From Candidatus Poribacteria bacterium (GTDB lineage: Bacteria > Poribacteria > WGA-4E > WGA-3G): a stretch of DNA of 64,000 nucleotides. The notes below the pieces were generated by a model, which was not told the origin of the DNA, made no database searches, and worked only from the letters and a program-made list of their open reading frames with translations. Both the position numbers and the translations under genes were made by a program. Shown one piece after another: positions 1-9,405 of this stretch (the first letter of the stretch is position 1; each line of letters starts with the position of its first letter). The stretch is from contig OZ243938.1 of the NCBI GenBank assembly GCA_965214095.1, positions 2,496,001-2,560,000 of the forward strand, written 5' to 3'.

Positions 1-90
1 TAAATGCAGGGTTAGTTTTAAGTATTTTCCAAAATAGAGATTTACTAAAAGTTAATACCCAAGCCGGTAGGTGCGGTTTCCTAACCGCAC

Positions 91-1578
91 CATAGGCGTC
101 AATTTAAGGATGCACCAAGACCGATAAGTGTCAACTTTTAATCAGAGGAAGTATAAATTATGAAATAAAACTTCTGTAAAAATGAAAACACCTCATATAT
201 AATGTAGATATAGATTTATTATGGTCTACAAAGAGGTGTTTCCTAATGAATACATTATCACAAGTTCCCAAAGAAATGCAACATATTCTTACAACTATAG
301 CCAATGATGCAGCTCTCAATACAGGTTTTGTCAAAAGAAGTTGTAAACTCAACGGTAGTCGTTTTGCTCAAATACTCATTTGGACTTGGTTAGAAAACCC
401 AGATGCCACCTATACACAACTTGCGCAAACCGCTGGTGTGCTGGGGATTTCAATCTCACGACAAGCCATTGAACAACGATTTACATCTGAAGCAGCAGAG
501 ACCCTGAAAGTTATCCTTGATGCTACTGCGTCCAAGGTTATTTCTGCCGACCCGCAAACGCTTCCGCTCCTTGAAAAGTTCACTGGTGTCTATTTACAAG
601 ATAGTTCTTGGATTACACTCCCTGATGTGCTCCACGAAACTTGGGAAGGTGGAAGCAAAAAGAATAAACCGAACACAGCTGCCGTGAAACTCCACCTGCG
701 TTTTGATAGTGCCACAGGCACTTTTGAACACTTTGAACTGACCAATGGTATCACCGCTGATAGTGCTATTGAAAAGCAGATTGACATGCTACCCGCCGGC
801 AGTTTGCGCCTCGCAGACCTCGGCTATTATTCACTTGATACCTTCAAAAGACTTTCCGATGCAAACGTCTTTTGGATATCACGCTACAAAGTCCAGTGTT
901 TTCTCTATGATGAAACAGGTGACCCTTTTTGTTTGCTAAAATGGCTCAAGAAGGGTTCTAATAACTTCAAGGACAAACAAATCTTTATAGGTAAAAACAA
1001 GCGTCTCAAAGCACGATTAGTTGTTCAAAGACTTTCAGAAACAGAAACCCAACAGCGTATTAAGGAGATAAAACATCGTGCAAAGCGGAAGTATACGAAA
1101 CCTTCACCAAAACGACTTCAGCTCGCAAGATGGAATATCTACATTACTAATATAAAAGTAGACCATCTGACTGCTGAACAGATTTGTGCTGTCGCACGCA
1201 TCCGATGGCAGGTTGAGTTGATGTTCAAGTGCTTCAAAAGCATTGGAAAAGTTGATACCTCCCGTAGCGACAAGCCATATAGAATCTTATGTGAGTTATA
1301 TGCAAAACTCATCGTCGCAATTATGCGGCACTGGATCATGTTAAGGGTCGGTTGGCGATGTCTAAAACATAGTCTAACAAAAACAGCAGAACTTATTAGC
1401 ACCTTCGCACGCACACTTGCAATAGGTTTCCGCAAGTCTATAATGTCTTTTCGGCAAACTTTTGATGAAATAAAACACGCTTTCCAAAATGGGTGCTACA
1501 TTGAGAGACGTGCTAATAGAGACACAACATTAGAACACCTTGAAAATGCAGCAAAAAATCACTAAATTGACGCCTATG
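91..1578 (+). mobile_element. IS4-family insertion sequence, 1488 bp, perfect 16-bp TIRs, flanked by a 20-bp direct repeat
   Basis: TIR CATAGGCGTCAATTTA (91-106) / TAAATTGACGCCTATG (1563-1578). GTGCGGTTTCCTAACCGCAC on both sides (71-90, 1579-1598). Encloses a transposase ORF. Confidence 0.95.
246..1565 (+). CDS. IS4-family DDE transposase
   Basis: Motifs YLQDSS, RLADLGYY and RWQVELMFKCFK (YREK-like, with A in place of Y). Stop codon lies in the right TIR. Confidence 0.93.
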   Translation: MNTLSQVPKEMQHILTTIANDAALNTGFVKRSCKLNGSRFAQILIWTWLENPDATYTQLAQTAGVLGISISRQAIEQRFTSEAAETLKVILDATASKVISADPQTLPLLEKFTGVYLQDSSWITLPDVLHETWEGGSKKNKPNTAAVKLHLRFDSATGTFEHFELTNGITADSAIEKQIDMLPAGSLRLADLGYYSLDTFKRLSDANVFWISRYKVQCFLYDETGDPFCLLKWLKKGSNNFKDKQIFIGKNKRLKARLVVQRLSETETQQRIKEIKHRAKRKYTKPSPKRLQLARWNIYITNIKVDHLTAEQICAVARIRWQVELMFKCFKSIGKVDTSRSDKPYRILCELYAKLIVAIMRHWIMLRVGWRCLKHSLTKTAELISTFARTLAIGFRKSIMSFRQTFDEIKHAFQNGCYIERRANRDTTLEHLENAAKNH

Positions 1579-1763
1579 GTGCGGTTTCCTAACCGCACCG
1601 GAACCCACAAGAAAACTGACTATGAAAGGTTTTATCACAAAGTCGCCAGAATATGCGTGTGGTATTTTGCATTGGTTAGGAAACCGCACCTACCAGCTTG
1701 AGGCATTTAGCATTTGTGAAAAAATACAAGAAAAACCGAAAACTAAATAACCCCCTCTGCATA

Positions 1764-2003
1764 CAGGGTTATTTAGTTTTCGGTAATTCTGATAGATTTG
1801 TTCACATATCAATATAATGCAATGCAAAGTAGTAGGCGCACTCCGTGTGCCGTATACATTAGAACACAATATAGACGGCACACGGAGTGTGCCTACTACC
1901 ATGAACATTTATGAAGAAAAGGAGAGTGGATCTAAACACGACTCACAATATAAACTTTCAGTCATGCCGTTCAGTTGATATTTCTTAAAACTAAATAACC
2001 CTG
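1764..2003. mobile_element. MITE, 240 bp, 17-bp TIR, 9-bp TSD, carrying an inverted REP doublet
   Basis: CAGGGTTATTTAGTTTT / AAAACTAAATAACCCTG. CTCTGCATA at 1755-1763 and 2004-2012. REPs at 1829-1853 and 1875-1899. Confidence 0.9.
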
Positions 2004-2021
2004 CTCTGCATATAATCTCTC

Positions 2022-2050
2022 TTGACAAAATAACACATATACATTATACT
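2022..2050 (+). promoter_or_regulatory. sigma70 promoter for the helicase operon
   Basis: TTGACA-N17-TATACT, 30 bp upstream of ATG 2081. Confidence 0.8.
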
Positions 2051-2080
2051 ACATGATAAATTCATAGTGTAGAGGGTTAG

Positions 2081-4534
2081 ATGGAGTATAAAGGGTTAAC
2101 GTTGGATCTATTTCAAGAGGAAGCGATTGAAGCGATAAATCGAGAACAATCAGTATTAGTTACTGCTCCTACGGGTGCTGGTAAAACACTCATCGCAGAA
2201 TACGCAGTTGAGAAATGTCTTGAGACGAACAGACGCGTTATTTATACTGCACCGATTAAAGCACTAAGCAATCAAAAATATAGAGACTTTCAAGCCGAAT
2301 ATGATGATAAAATCGGTATTGTCACTGGGGACGTAGTCTTAAATCCGTTTGCGCAAGTCCTATTGATGACGACCGAGATATTTCGAAATACAATCTTTGA
2401 TGATATAGACAGATTACAAGATGTGTCTTATGTTATCTTTGATGAAATACACTATATCAATGACATTGAACGTGGTACGGTATGGGAAGAGAGCATTATA
2501 TTTGCCCCGCAGCATATCAAGTTTGTTTCCCTGAGTGCGACGATTCCGAATATCGCCTCCTTTGCCGAATGGATGCAAAGTGTCCGGGATATTGACATCA
2601 AAGTCATTGAAGAGTTGGAACGTCCTGTTCCATTAGAACACCACACATATTTCAACGGATTCGGTATAGGAAAAGTAGATCATCTGCGCGATCTACGATT
2701 TGTTTTAAAACGTGAGAAGCGGCAACGTGAGAAAATGAGATGGAGTGATGATAAATCTGCTGAAAAAAATAAAAGTAAAGAGTCAAATACAAAACGGACA
2801 GAAATACCAAAAGAGATAATTAATGTCGATTTAATACCCTATCTCCAGAAAAAGAGACGACTTCCGTGTCTCTATTTTTGTTTTAGTCGAAAGAAGTGTG
2901 AAGCTAACGCCAAAAATTATGCTCTTTACACTAAACGTAATTTGCTTGATGAAGAGAAGCAGAAACAGATTTTGGAGATGTTTGATAAACTTTGCGCACA
3001 ATATGATATTGATGAAGAGAGCGTGATTAACGATTTTCGGAAACTCATCGCCTGTGGAATTGCCTATCATCACGCGGGCATGTTACCAACACTCAAAGAA
3101 GTTGTAGAACGGTTGTTCACTTCAGGATTAATTCAACTTCTGTTCACGACTGAGACGTTTGCTGTAGGGATCAATATGCCTGCATGTACAGTAGTCTTTG
3201 ATAGTCTTGAGAAATTTGATGGAGTTAGTTTCCGTTACCTTCAAGCACGTGAATATCATCAGATGGCAGGTCGGGCAGGTAGACGTGGGATTGATCCTGT
3301 TGGCTATGTGTACGCAACGGTTGATCCGATGTATGCTACCTTATCGGATGTCCAAAAAGCCGTTTCTGATAAGATAGAACCGATCGCAAGTCAATTCAAC
3401 CTTTCATATTCCAGTATCCTCAACCTATACGAGAAATATGGTGATGACATATATGATGTATACACGATGAGTTTGAGCAACTATCAGAATAAAAAACGGA
3501 TCACAGATCTCAATGCACATATTGAACAATTAGAAAAAGAACTTGAATCCTTACCTGTTCCTGTCTGTATCCATGACAACATCAACGGTATGAAACAGAT
3601 TGAGAAATATTATCGCCACAAGCGAAGAAATAATCAGAAACGTGACAACATACATGCAGAGATAACAATGGCAAAATCTCGCTCTTCACGGAATAAATCC
3701 AAAAAAGCACGAAATAAAAAGTTGAAATTAGAATATAATAAGTTGAATAACCTGCAAAAAGAACTGAACACTAATCTCTGCCATGACTGTTACAAGAAGG
3801 AAGAATGCTCTGAAAGGTACCAAGCAATCAGAAAAATGGGAGAGAATATAATTAAAAGAAAAAACCGACAGACAAATGTAGAGGATTATCAACGTAATCA
3901 GATAGCAGCGCGGCTTAGTGTACTTGAAACACTCGGATATATTGAAGAATTGACGCTTCTGCCACGCGGTATTACTGCAACAAATATCTACGGTTATGAA
4001 TTGCAATTGACACAACTCCTCTTTAGCGGATTTTTTGAAAGGTTGAATGAGGATGAAATTAATTGTCTGATCATAGCAATCGTTTCTGAACCACGGAAAG
4101 ATGGTTATTACAAGAAAATAAAAGATAAAAGGATGTTGTCAATAATTGGTGCTGCGATGAACGAAGTTACTGATGTTCAACGTGTAGAAAATCAGCATAA
4201 CGCTTCAGATTTAACACCGCTGTTGGAATTGCATTTATGTTCTGCGATGTGGGCTTGGAGTCGGGGTTGCGAGTTTGATGATTTATATAAATATGCGGAT
4301 CTTGATCCGGGAGATTTTGTGAGATCATTTCGGCTTGTGATTGATCAACTACGTCAAATCCGGCGCGCAACGCCAACACACACGGCTCTTGTTGATAAGT
4401 TAAATCGTTGTATTGGTAAAATAAATCGTGATGTTGTTGATGCTGAACGTCAACTGCGAATTGGACAGGAAGAACCGTCTGAAAATGAAGAGGAAACCAA
4501 ATTAGAACAGAATAAAGGAGAAATTCATGGATAA
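2081..4534 (+). CDS. Ski2/HelY-like SF2 DExH RNA helicase
   Basis: APTGAGKT, PIKALSNQK, DEIH, SAT, HHAGML, QMAGRAGRRG. Coiled-coil/Cys insertion and DSHCT-like C-terminus. Confidence 0.92.
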   Translation: MEYKGLTLDLFQEEAIEAINREQSVLVTAPTGAGKTLIAEYAVEKCLETNRRVIYTAPIKALSNQKYRDFQAEYDDKIGIVTGDVVLNPFAQVLLMTTEIFRNTIFDDIDRLQDVSYVIFDEIHYINDIERGTVWEESIIFAPQHIKFVSLSATIPNIASFAEWMQSVRDIDIKVIEELERPVPLEHHTYFNGFGIGKVDHLRDLRFVLKREKRQREKMRWSDDKSAEKNKSKESNTKRTEIPKEIINVDLIPYLQKKRRLPCLYFCFSRKKCEANAKNYALYTKRNLLDEEKQKQILEMFDKLCAQYDIDEESVINDFRKLIACGIAYHHAGMLPTLKEVVERLFTSGLIQLLFTTETFAVGINMPACTVVFDSLEKFDGVSFRYLQAREYHQMAGRAGRRGIDPVGYVYATVDPMYATLSDVQKAVSDKIEPIASQFNLSYSSILNLYEKYGDDIYDVYTMSLSNYQNKKRITDLNAHIEQLEKELESLPVPVCIHDNINGMKQIEKYYRHKRRNNQKRDNIHAEITMAKSRSSRNKSKKARNKKLKLEYNKLNNLQKELNTNLCHDCYKKEECSERYQAIRKMGENIIKRKNRQTNVEDYQRNQIAARLSVLETLGYIEELTLLPRGITATNIYGYELQLTQLLFSGFFERLNEDEINCLIIAIVSEPRKDGYYKKIKDKRMLSIIGAAMNEVTDVQRVENQHNASDLTPLLELHLCSAMWAWSRGCEFDDLYKYADLDPGDFVRSFRLVIDQLRQIRRATPTHTALVDKLNRCIGKINRDVVDAERQLRIGQEEPSENEEETKLEQNKGEIHG

Positions 4535-5069
4535 TAAAGATTTTGACTTAAAAGGATCAATCATTGTCCGATCTGCTACAGAGGACGATGCTGGTAATTT
4601 ACAAACACATTGCTTCACAGACAAATCTAAAGAAGAGATAGTTGAAGAATTAAAGGCTGACTTGGCTTCTGATAGTCAAACGACCCGTCTTGTTGCTGAT
4701 TCCAGCGGATATGCTGTCGGTCATATCTCTGTGAAAAAGCATCCGTTGGATGATACGGTTGGACAGATTAACAATCTGGCAGTATCAGGTCCATTCCGTC
4801 TCTTAGGGGTTGCAGACCATCTTATTGATGCTGCCGAGGCAGCAGCTGCTGAAAACGGTTTGACTATCATCGAAATTGAACTTACACCTTCTGATAAGTC
4901 TGTCATTCAAAGGTATAAAGATTGGGGATTCTCTGAAAAACCTATAGTCACACTTCAAAAGTCTGTAGGTGCTGAGGTGGAGGAAACCGTTGAAGAAGAG
5001 ACTGAACCAGAGACTGAAACTGAGGAAACTGATGACGCATCTGTAGAACAGCCACAACTATTGGAATAG
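4527..5069 (+). CDS. GNAT acetyltransferase with acidic tail
   Basis: LAVSGPFRLLGVADHLI motif A and YKDWGF. Overlaps the helicase stop. Confidence 0.75.
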   Translation: MDNKDFDLKGSIIVRSATEDDAGNLQTHCFTDKSKEEIVEELKADLASDSQTTRLVADSSGYAVGHISVKKHPLDDTVGQINNLAVSGPFRLLGVADHLIDAAEAAAAENGLTIIEIELTPSDKSVIQRYKDWGFSEKPIVTLQKSVGAEVEETVEEETEPETETEETDDASVEQPQLLE

Positions 5070-5106
5070 GTTGATGCTTGTAAAGTTAATGTGTGATTAA
5101 TCACAC

Positions 5107-5209
5107 TATAGTGAATTATAAATATAAGTTGACACTTCCGACCCACGGTAGACGAGGTTTCCTAACCTCGCTGATGCAGAGTGTTCAAGTAATTTCAAAA
5201 TCTACTATA
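5107..5209 (+). mobile_element. TA-ended MITE family A, copy 1, with central GTAG REP hairpin
   Basis: TATAGTGAATT...AATCTACTATA. Near-identical copies at 6138, 15291 and 23369. Confidence 0.88.
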
Positions 5210-5228
5210 CATAATTTTAAGGTAGGAA

Positions 5229-6134
5229 TTGATGAAGCGGTATTTGATAAACATTTTTCTTTCTTTAGGAATTGTCTTTCTAATTGCAAGTTGTGGGAAT
5301 CAGAATGAACATCTTGCGAAAGGCAAAGAATTAATAAAATCGGATAAACGTCGGAAAGAGGAACGCGCTGTCCGTGAGTTCAAACTTGCCATTCAACAGG
5401 AGAGTGACAATGCTGAAGCACATTACCTACTCGGTTTCTACGATTCACAGGACTTCTACGAAGCTAATCAACCTGAATGGCATCAAGCATCTATTGCACA
5501 GAGAGGACAACACATGTTCAAGGCGTATCAGAATAAGTCTCGGGAATACCTTGAAATCTTGGTCTTTGATACTCTACGGGACGATGATGTTAATGTGCAA
5601 AACGCAGCGTTAGAGGCATTGACGTTAGTTTATCAACAACAAGGTGATCGCAAACAACTACTCAATCAACTTGAGAAAGCAATTAAGTCCAAAGATAATC
5701 GTGACAGACACGATGCACATTGGGTGATGTCAAACATCGGTAAATCCGATCCAACAACGATGGTACCCATTTTGGTCGATCTGTTGCAACACAATCAGAT
5801 GGGAACGCGTCTGAATGCTGTGAAGGCACTTGGTGAAATTGGCAGCGAAAAAGCAATTTCTGTGCTTGCAGAATTGATTGAATCGGGTTCAGCAAAACGT
5901 GAAGGAGATCGTGAGGTTGCAGAGGTAAGACAGATGGCAGTTGCTGCATTGGGAAAAATCGGTGGAAAAGCCGTTCCTGAACTTGTCAAAATCACACAAA
6001 ACAAAGGTTCTTCGCTTCGAGTTGATGCAATCCGAGCATTATCTTCACTCGGTGATGAAAAAGCTGTGCAGCCACTATTGGATGCTTTAAAAGAGAAAAG
6101 CAGCAGAGAGATCGTTGTTAATTTGGGAAGATAA
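5229..6134 (+). CDS. Lipoprotein with TPR-like segment and HEAT repeats
   Basis: Lipobox LIASC, AEAHYLLG, repeated AVxALGxIG units. Confidence 0.8.
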   Translation: MMKRYLINIFLSLGIVFLIASCGNQNEHLAKGKELIKSDKRRKEERAVREFKLAIQQESDNAEAHYLLGFYDSQDFYEANQPEWHQASIAQRGQHMFKAYQNKSREYLEILVFDTLRDDDVNVQNAALEALTLVYQQQGDRKQLLNQLEKAIKSKDNRDRHDAHWVMSNIGKSDPTTMVPILVDLLQHNQMGTRLNAVKALGEIGSEKAISVLAELIESGSAKREGDREVAEVRQMAVAALGKIGGKAVPELVKITQNKGSSLRVDAIRALSSLGDEKAVQPLLDALKEKSSREIVVNLGR

Positions 6135-6137
6135 CAT

Positions 6138-6238
6138 TATAGTGATATAAATATAAGTTGACACTTTCGACCCACGGTAGGCGAGGTTTCCTAACCTCGC
6201 CGATGCAGAGTGTGCAAGTAATTTCAAAATCTACTATA
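6138..6238 (+). mobile_element. MITE family A, copy 2
   Basis: Near-identical to 5107-5209, with a 2-bp deletion. Confidence 0.88.
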
Positions 6239-6255
6239 CTATATCGCCAAAAGGA

Positions 6256-7686
6256 ATGAGAATGTCTAAGAATATATTGTTGGTTTTATTCTATATCATC
6301 GTGCTTGTTGCCCTCGGGTGTGATAATGTCTATTACGATGAACACTTGAAAATGGAAGTACAACAACTTGATAGCGATCTTGAAAACCGATGGTCTACTA
6401 CAGGCGTTGTTGTAAGTTCTATCACAACGAACGGTCCTGCCGAAAAAGCGAATCTCGTAGAAGGTGAACTCATTTCTTATGTAATTGGGGAATATCCTAT
6501 TCAGAATGCAAATGACTTCAATAAAGCAGTCAAAAAAGCAATGGAAGACGACAATAACATGCTACTCTATCTCAAAGATAAGAAACCAATTCGTATTGCA
6601 ACACGGAAATTGGGGGATAAAGTTGGTTTAGAGGTAGAGAATGTTGACGTTGTTCGCATTAAGAATATTATGTCTGGAACACCCGCTGCAAATACCGGTA
6701 TCATTCAAGTCGGTGATATTGTTGAAAAGATTGTGGATGAAAGGAAAATTCAAGGTTTAGATGATTACAAAAAATCTGTGAATGAGTTTGTAGAATTAAA
6801 TGCAGCACTTACTTTCCGTACAACTGAACTGATTGGCGTAAAAATCGCTGCTGTTACTGCACTCGGCAATTTAGGCGATGCTCGCGCCATCGATCCGTTG
6901 ATTAACATACTAAAGAACACCCGTGAACTCGCTCTTCGTAAAGCTGCTGCGCGGAGTTTAGAACGGCTTGTAGCATTGAGTGAACTCAGTCCACTCTTTC
7001 AGCAATTCCAAGAACAAGATTTAAATCAACTCCCCGCAAATACACTTGATAGTGAGCACCTCGCATCCGCAGAGATCCTGGGATTACTGCTTATAGACGT
7101 TAAAGCAAATACAGCGACACTTGAAGCACCTTTCGGAATTCAATTCCGCCACCGATCTGAAGCACTACATCAGAAGGTCAATGAAGGGCAACTTGTGGAA
7201 CTCACAGAACAATATATCCAAAAGGTATATGAACCCGAACAAGAAATTCGACGCGCGTGTCTCTCTATGATTGCAAACCTTAAACCTGTATCTGCCATTG
7301 AACCACTTGTTCAAGTGCTCAGGGATGAGGACGAAATACCCGGTATCCGATTCCAAGCGGGGTTAGGGTTGAGTCGGATCGGCACACCAGCAATTGATGC
7401 ATTGATCGCAGCGTTTAATGAGACAGATGCCACAGCACAAGACATCGCCGCATCAGCACTTGGTAATATCGGTGGAACACAAACACGCGACTTCCTCATA
7501 ACTGCTTTGGAAACTACAAGCAATCCCGCAACACAATTAACGCTTGTGGATGCAATTGCAAAAATTGGTGATGAACCGTCGCTAAGTGCACTTGAACGCC
7601 AGAGACAACGTTTTCAAGGAGATAATTCCGCTATCCGTATCTTTCTTGATGAGGTATTTAGCAGCTTGACAACATCATCAGAATAG
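6256..7686 (+). CDS. Lipoprotein with two PDZ-like domains and HEAT repeats
   Basis: Lipobox VALGC. GVVVSSITTNGPAEKANLVEGELI and IMSGTPAANTGIIQVGDIV (PDZ). ALGNLGDARAIDPL (HEAT). Confidence 0.78.
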   Translation: MRMSKNILLVLFYIIVLVALGCDNVYYDEHLKMEVQQLDSDLENRWSTTGVVVSSITTNGPAEKANLVEGELISYVIGEYPIQNANDFNKAVKKAMEDDNNMLLYLKDKKPIRIATRKLGDKVGLEVENVDVVRIKNIMSGTPAANTGIIQVGDIVEKIVDERKIQGLDDYKKSVNEFVELNAALTFRTTELIGVKIAAVTALGNLGDARAIDPLINILKNTRELALRKAAARSLERLVALSELSPLFQQFQEQDLNQLPANTLDSEHLASAEILGLLLIDVKANTATLEAPFGIQFRHRSEALHQKVNEGQLVELTEQYIQKVYEPEQEIRRACLSMIANLKPVSAIEPLVQVLRDEDEIPGIRFQAGLGLSRIGTPAIDALIAAFNETDATAQDIAASALGNIGGTQTRDFLITALETTSNPATQLTLVDAIAKIGDEPSLSALERQRQRFQGDNSAIRIFLDEVFSSLTTSSE

Positions 7687-7689
7687 CCA

Positions 7690-7926
7690 CTAGTGGAGTG
7701 TCCATTCTAAAATTACGGGTATGTGATTTGGAAGAGGGCGAGGTGACCTCACCCCTACGATCATATTACCCTTAAAATAAAGGTAGACAGAACACTAGTG
7801 GAGTGTCCATTCTTATATTGTAGGTCGGGTAGAGGCACGAAACCCGACTTTATTGATGATAAATGGATGCATGTCGGGTAGAGGAACGAAACCCGACCTA
7901 CAAGATTAGTGTAGACAGAACACCAG
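7690..7926. mobile_element. Two tandem CTAG-bounded MITE-like units, each with REP hairpins
   Basis: CTAGTGGAGTGTCCATTCT at 7690 and 7795. Both end TAGACAGAACAC(T/C)AG and carry different internal GTAG hairpins. Confidence 0.7.
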
Positions 7927-7934
7927 TTTCTATT

Positions 7935-8071
7935 TATAGTGAAATCTGAAATTAACAATACACTTTACATTTAGAAAAACGCGTTTGTAGTCGCGCAATT
8001 CATTGCGCCTCTTACATTATATAAATAAGTAATTGGGATAGTATGTCTCATTAATTGTCCGTTTTACCATA
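7935..8071. mobile_element. TA-ended MITE-like element with REP GTAGTCGCGCAATTCATTGCGC
   Basis: TATAGTGAAAT...TTTTACCATA ends. Related internal sequence near 48453-48560. Confidence 0.6.
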
Positions 8072-8153
8072 GTCAGCAATCTTTGTATACCAACTATATT
8101 CAGTTATGAAGTCTGATCCTACGAAACAAAGAAATGTCTGATCATTAAGACTT

Positions 8154-9002
8154 ATGAAAATTGGACTGATCTCAGACTTGCATACTGATTCTACTGATGC
8201 AAATAGGGCAATCGTTCCCCACATTATCAACGTTGTTAGAAATGCTAATCTTGATGTTTTTGTCCTTGCAGGTGATATAACCCCCAACTTATCTGAATTT
8301 TACGAAATACTCGGTGAATTTGCTAATGCAGATTTGACCTGCCAGAAGTTGTTTGTACCGGGAAACCATGATATTTGGGTCGGTAAAAATGCAAACATGA
8401 CCAGTGAACAAAAATGTGGTGTAATTTCAGAAATATGTCAAGACCATGGGTTTCATTCCCTTATAGATACACCTTATGTGGTTGATAAGATAGGTTTCTG
8501 CGGTACAATCGGTTGGTATGATTATACGTTTGCTTCGGATGCGATTGACTATTCAACTGAACAGTATGCGGAAAAACAGTTGATGAGATCAGTCTGGAGC
8601 GATAAACTATATGCGAAATGGAGTGATACAGACGAGAATATAGCACACCGATTTGAGAAAGAACTTGAGCAACAGATCCATTCTGTAAAGAACACAGTGC
8701 AACATATCATCGTTGTGACGCATCACGTTCCTTTTCGTGAGTGTATACGGTATCGTGGGGAATTGCCTTGGGATTATTTCCGTGCGTTTATGGGAAGTGA
8801 AGGTCTTGGCAGGATATGTTTACAGGAACCGTTGGTCTCACACATCCTCTTTGGTCACACACATTATGTTGTCAACCAACAGGTTGAGAACGTTAGGGCA
8901 ATCTGTGCACCAATCGGTTATCTGCATGAAATACCATTAGAAGAACTTCAGGCTTTTGCTGAACAAAGATTTACCTGTTTCTCTTTATCAAATGAATCCT
9001 AA
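8154..9002 (+). CDS. Calcineurin-like metallophosphoesterase
   Basis: DLH, GD, GNHD, HH and GHTH motifs. Confidence 0.9.
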   Translation: MKIGLISDLHTDSTDANRAIVPHIINVVRNANLDVFVLAGDITPNLSEFYEILGEFANADLTCQKLFVPGNHDIWVGKNANMTSEQKCGVISEICQDHGFHSLIDTPYVVDKIGFCGTIGWYDYTFASDAIDYSTEQYAEKQLMRSVWSDKLYAKWSDTDENIAHRFEKELEQQIHSVKNTVQHIIVVTHHVPFRECIRYRGELPWDYFRAFMGSEGLGRICLQEPLVSHILFGHTHYVVNQQVENVRAICAPIGYLHEIPLEELQAFAEQRFTCFSLSNES

Positions 9003-9026
9003 AAAAGAAATATACAGGAGAACATA

Positions 9027-9386
9027 ATGGATATAACGTTAACAAATAGTAACGAAGCTGGAGCACTTGAATTTCCATGGGGTGCAATAAAATGGTTATG
9101 TAACGATCAGATTGATCCAGAAGCAGAGATGACATTCGGTGTTGTCTACATTAATGCAGGTGAAGGAAATCCCACCCATTACCATCCGAACTGTGAGGAG
9201 TTGATCTATGTGTTATCTGGTGAATGCGACCATAAATTGGGAGATGAGACAATTCCGCTCAGACCCGGTATGATGTTGCGTATTCCGCGCAACGTCAAAC
9301 ACAATGCTGTCAACACAGGATGGCAACCCGTGACGATGATTATCTGCTATTCTGACGCTGATAGACAGACCGTTTTCTGTGAATAA
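9027..9386 (+). CDS. Cupin domain protein
   Basis: HYHPNCEE and PRNVKH cupin motifs. Confidence 0.88.
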   Translation: MDITLTNSNEAGALEFPWGAIKWLCNDQIDPEAEMTFGVVYINAGEGNPTHYHPNCEELIYVLSGECDHKLGDETIPLRPGMMLRIPRNVKHNAVNTGWQPVTMIICYSDADRQTVFCE

Positions 9387-9405
9387 GGAGAGGATGTGAT
9401 ACATT

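Larger units (their letters stand above)
7..1754. mobile_element. Degenerate CAGGG-TIR MITE shell with an inverted REP pair, interrupted by the IS4 element
   Basis: CAGGGTTAGTTTT at 7 and AAAACTAAATAACCCC near 1738-1753 match the TIR of the 1764-2003 element. REP at 67-91 and inverted REP at 1674-1694. Confidence 0.55.

Noticed and set aside
126-137. AAGTGTCAACTT in the IS left end matches the reverse complement of a subterminal MITE A motif
   Set aside because: It is only a 12-bp match and MITE A has different termini. This is not enough to link MITE A to this transposase.
1690-1908. Short ORFs reading VVGTLRVPS (also 23065-23352, and similar repeat-derived ORFs at 5093, 7761, 17185)
   Set aside because: They are translations of REP/MITE sequence, not genes.
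5229-7686. One HEAT gene split by the MITE at 6138
   Set aside because: The first ORF stops before the MITE, and the second has its own RBS-like sequence and lipoprotein signal.
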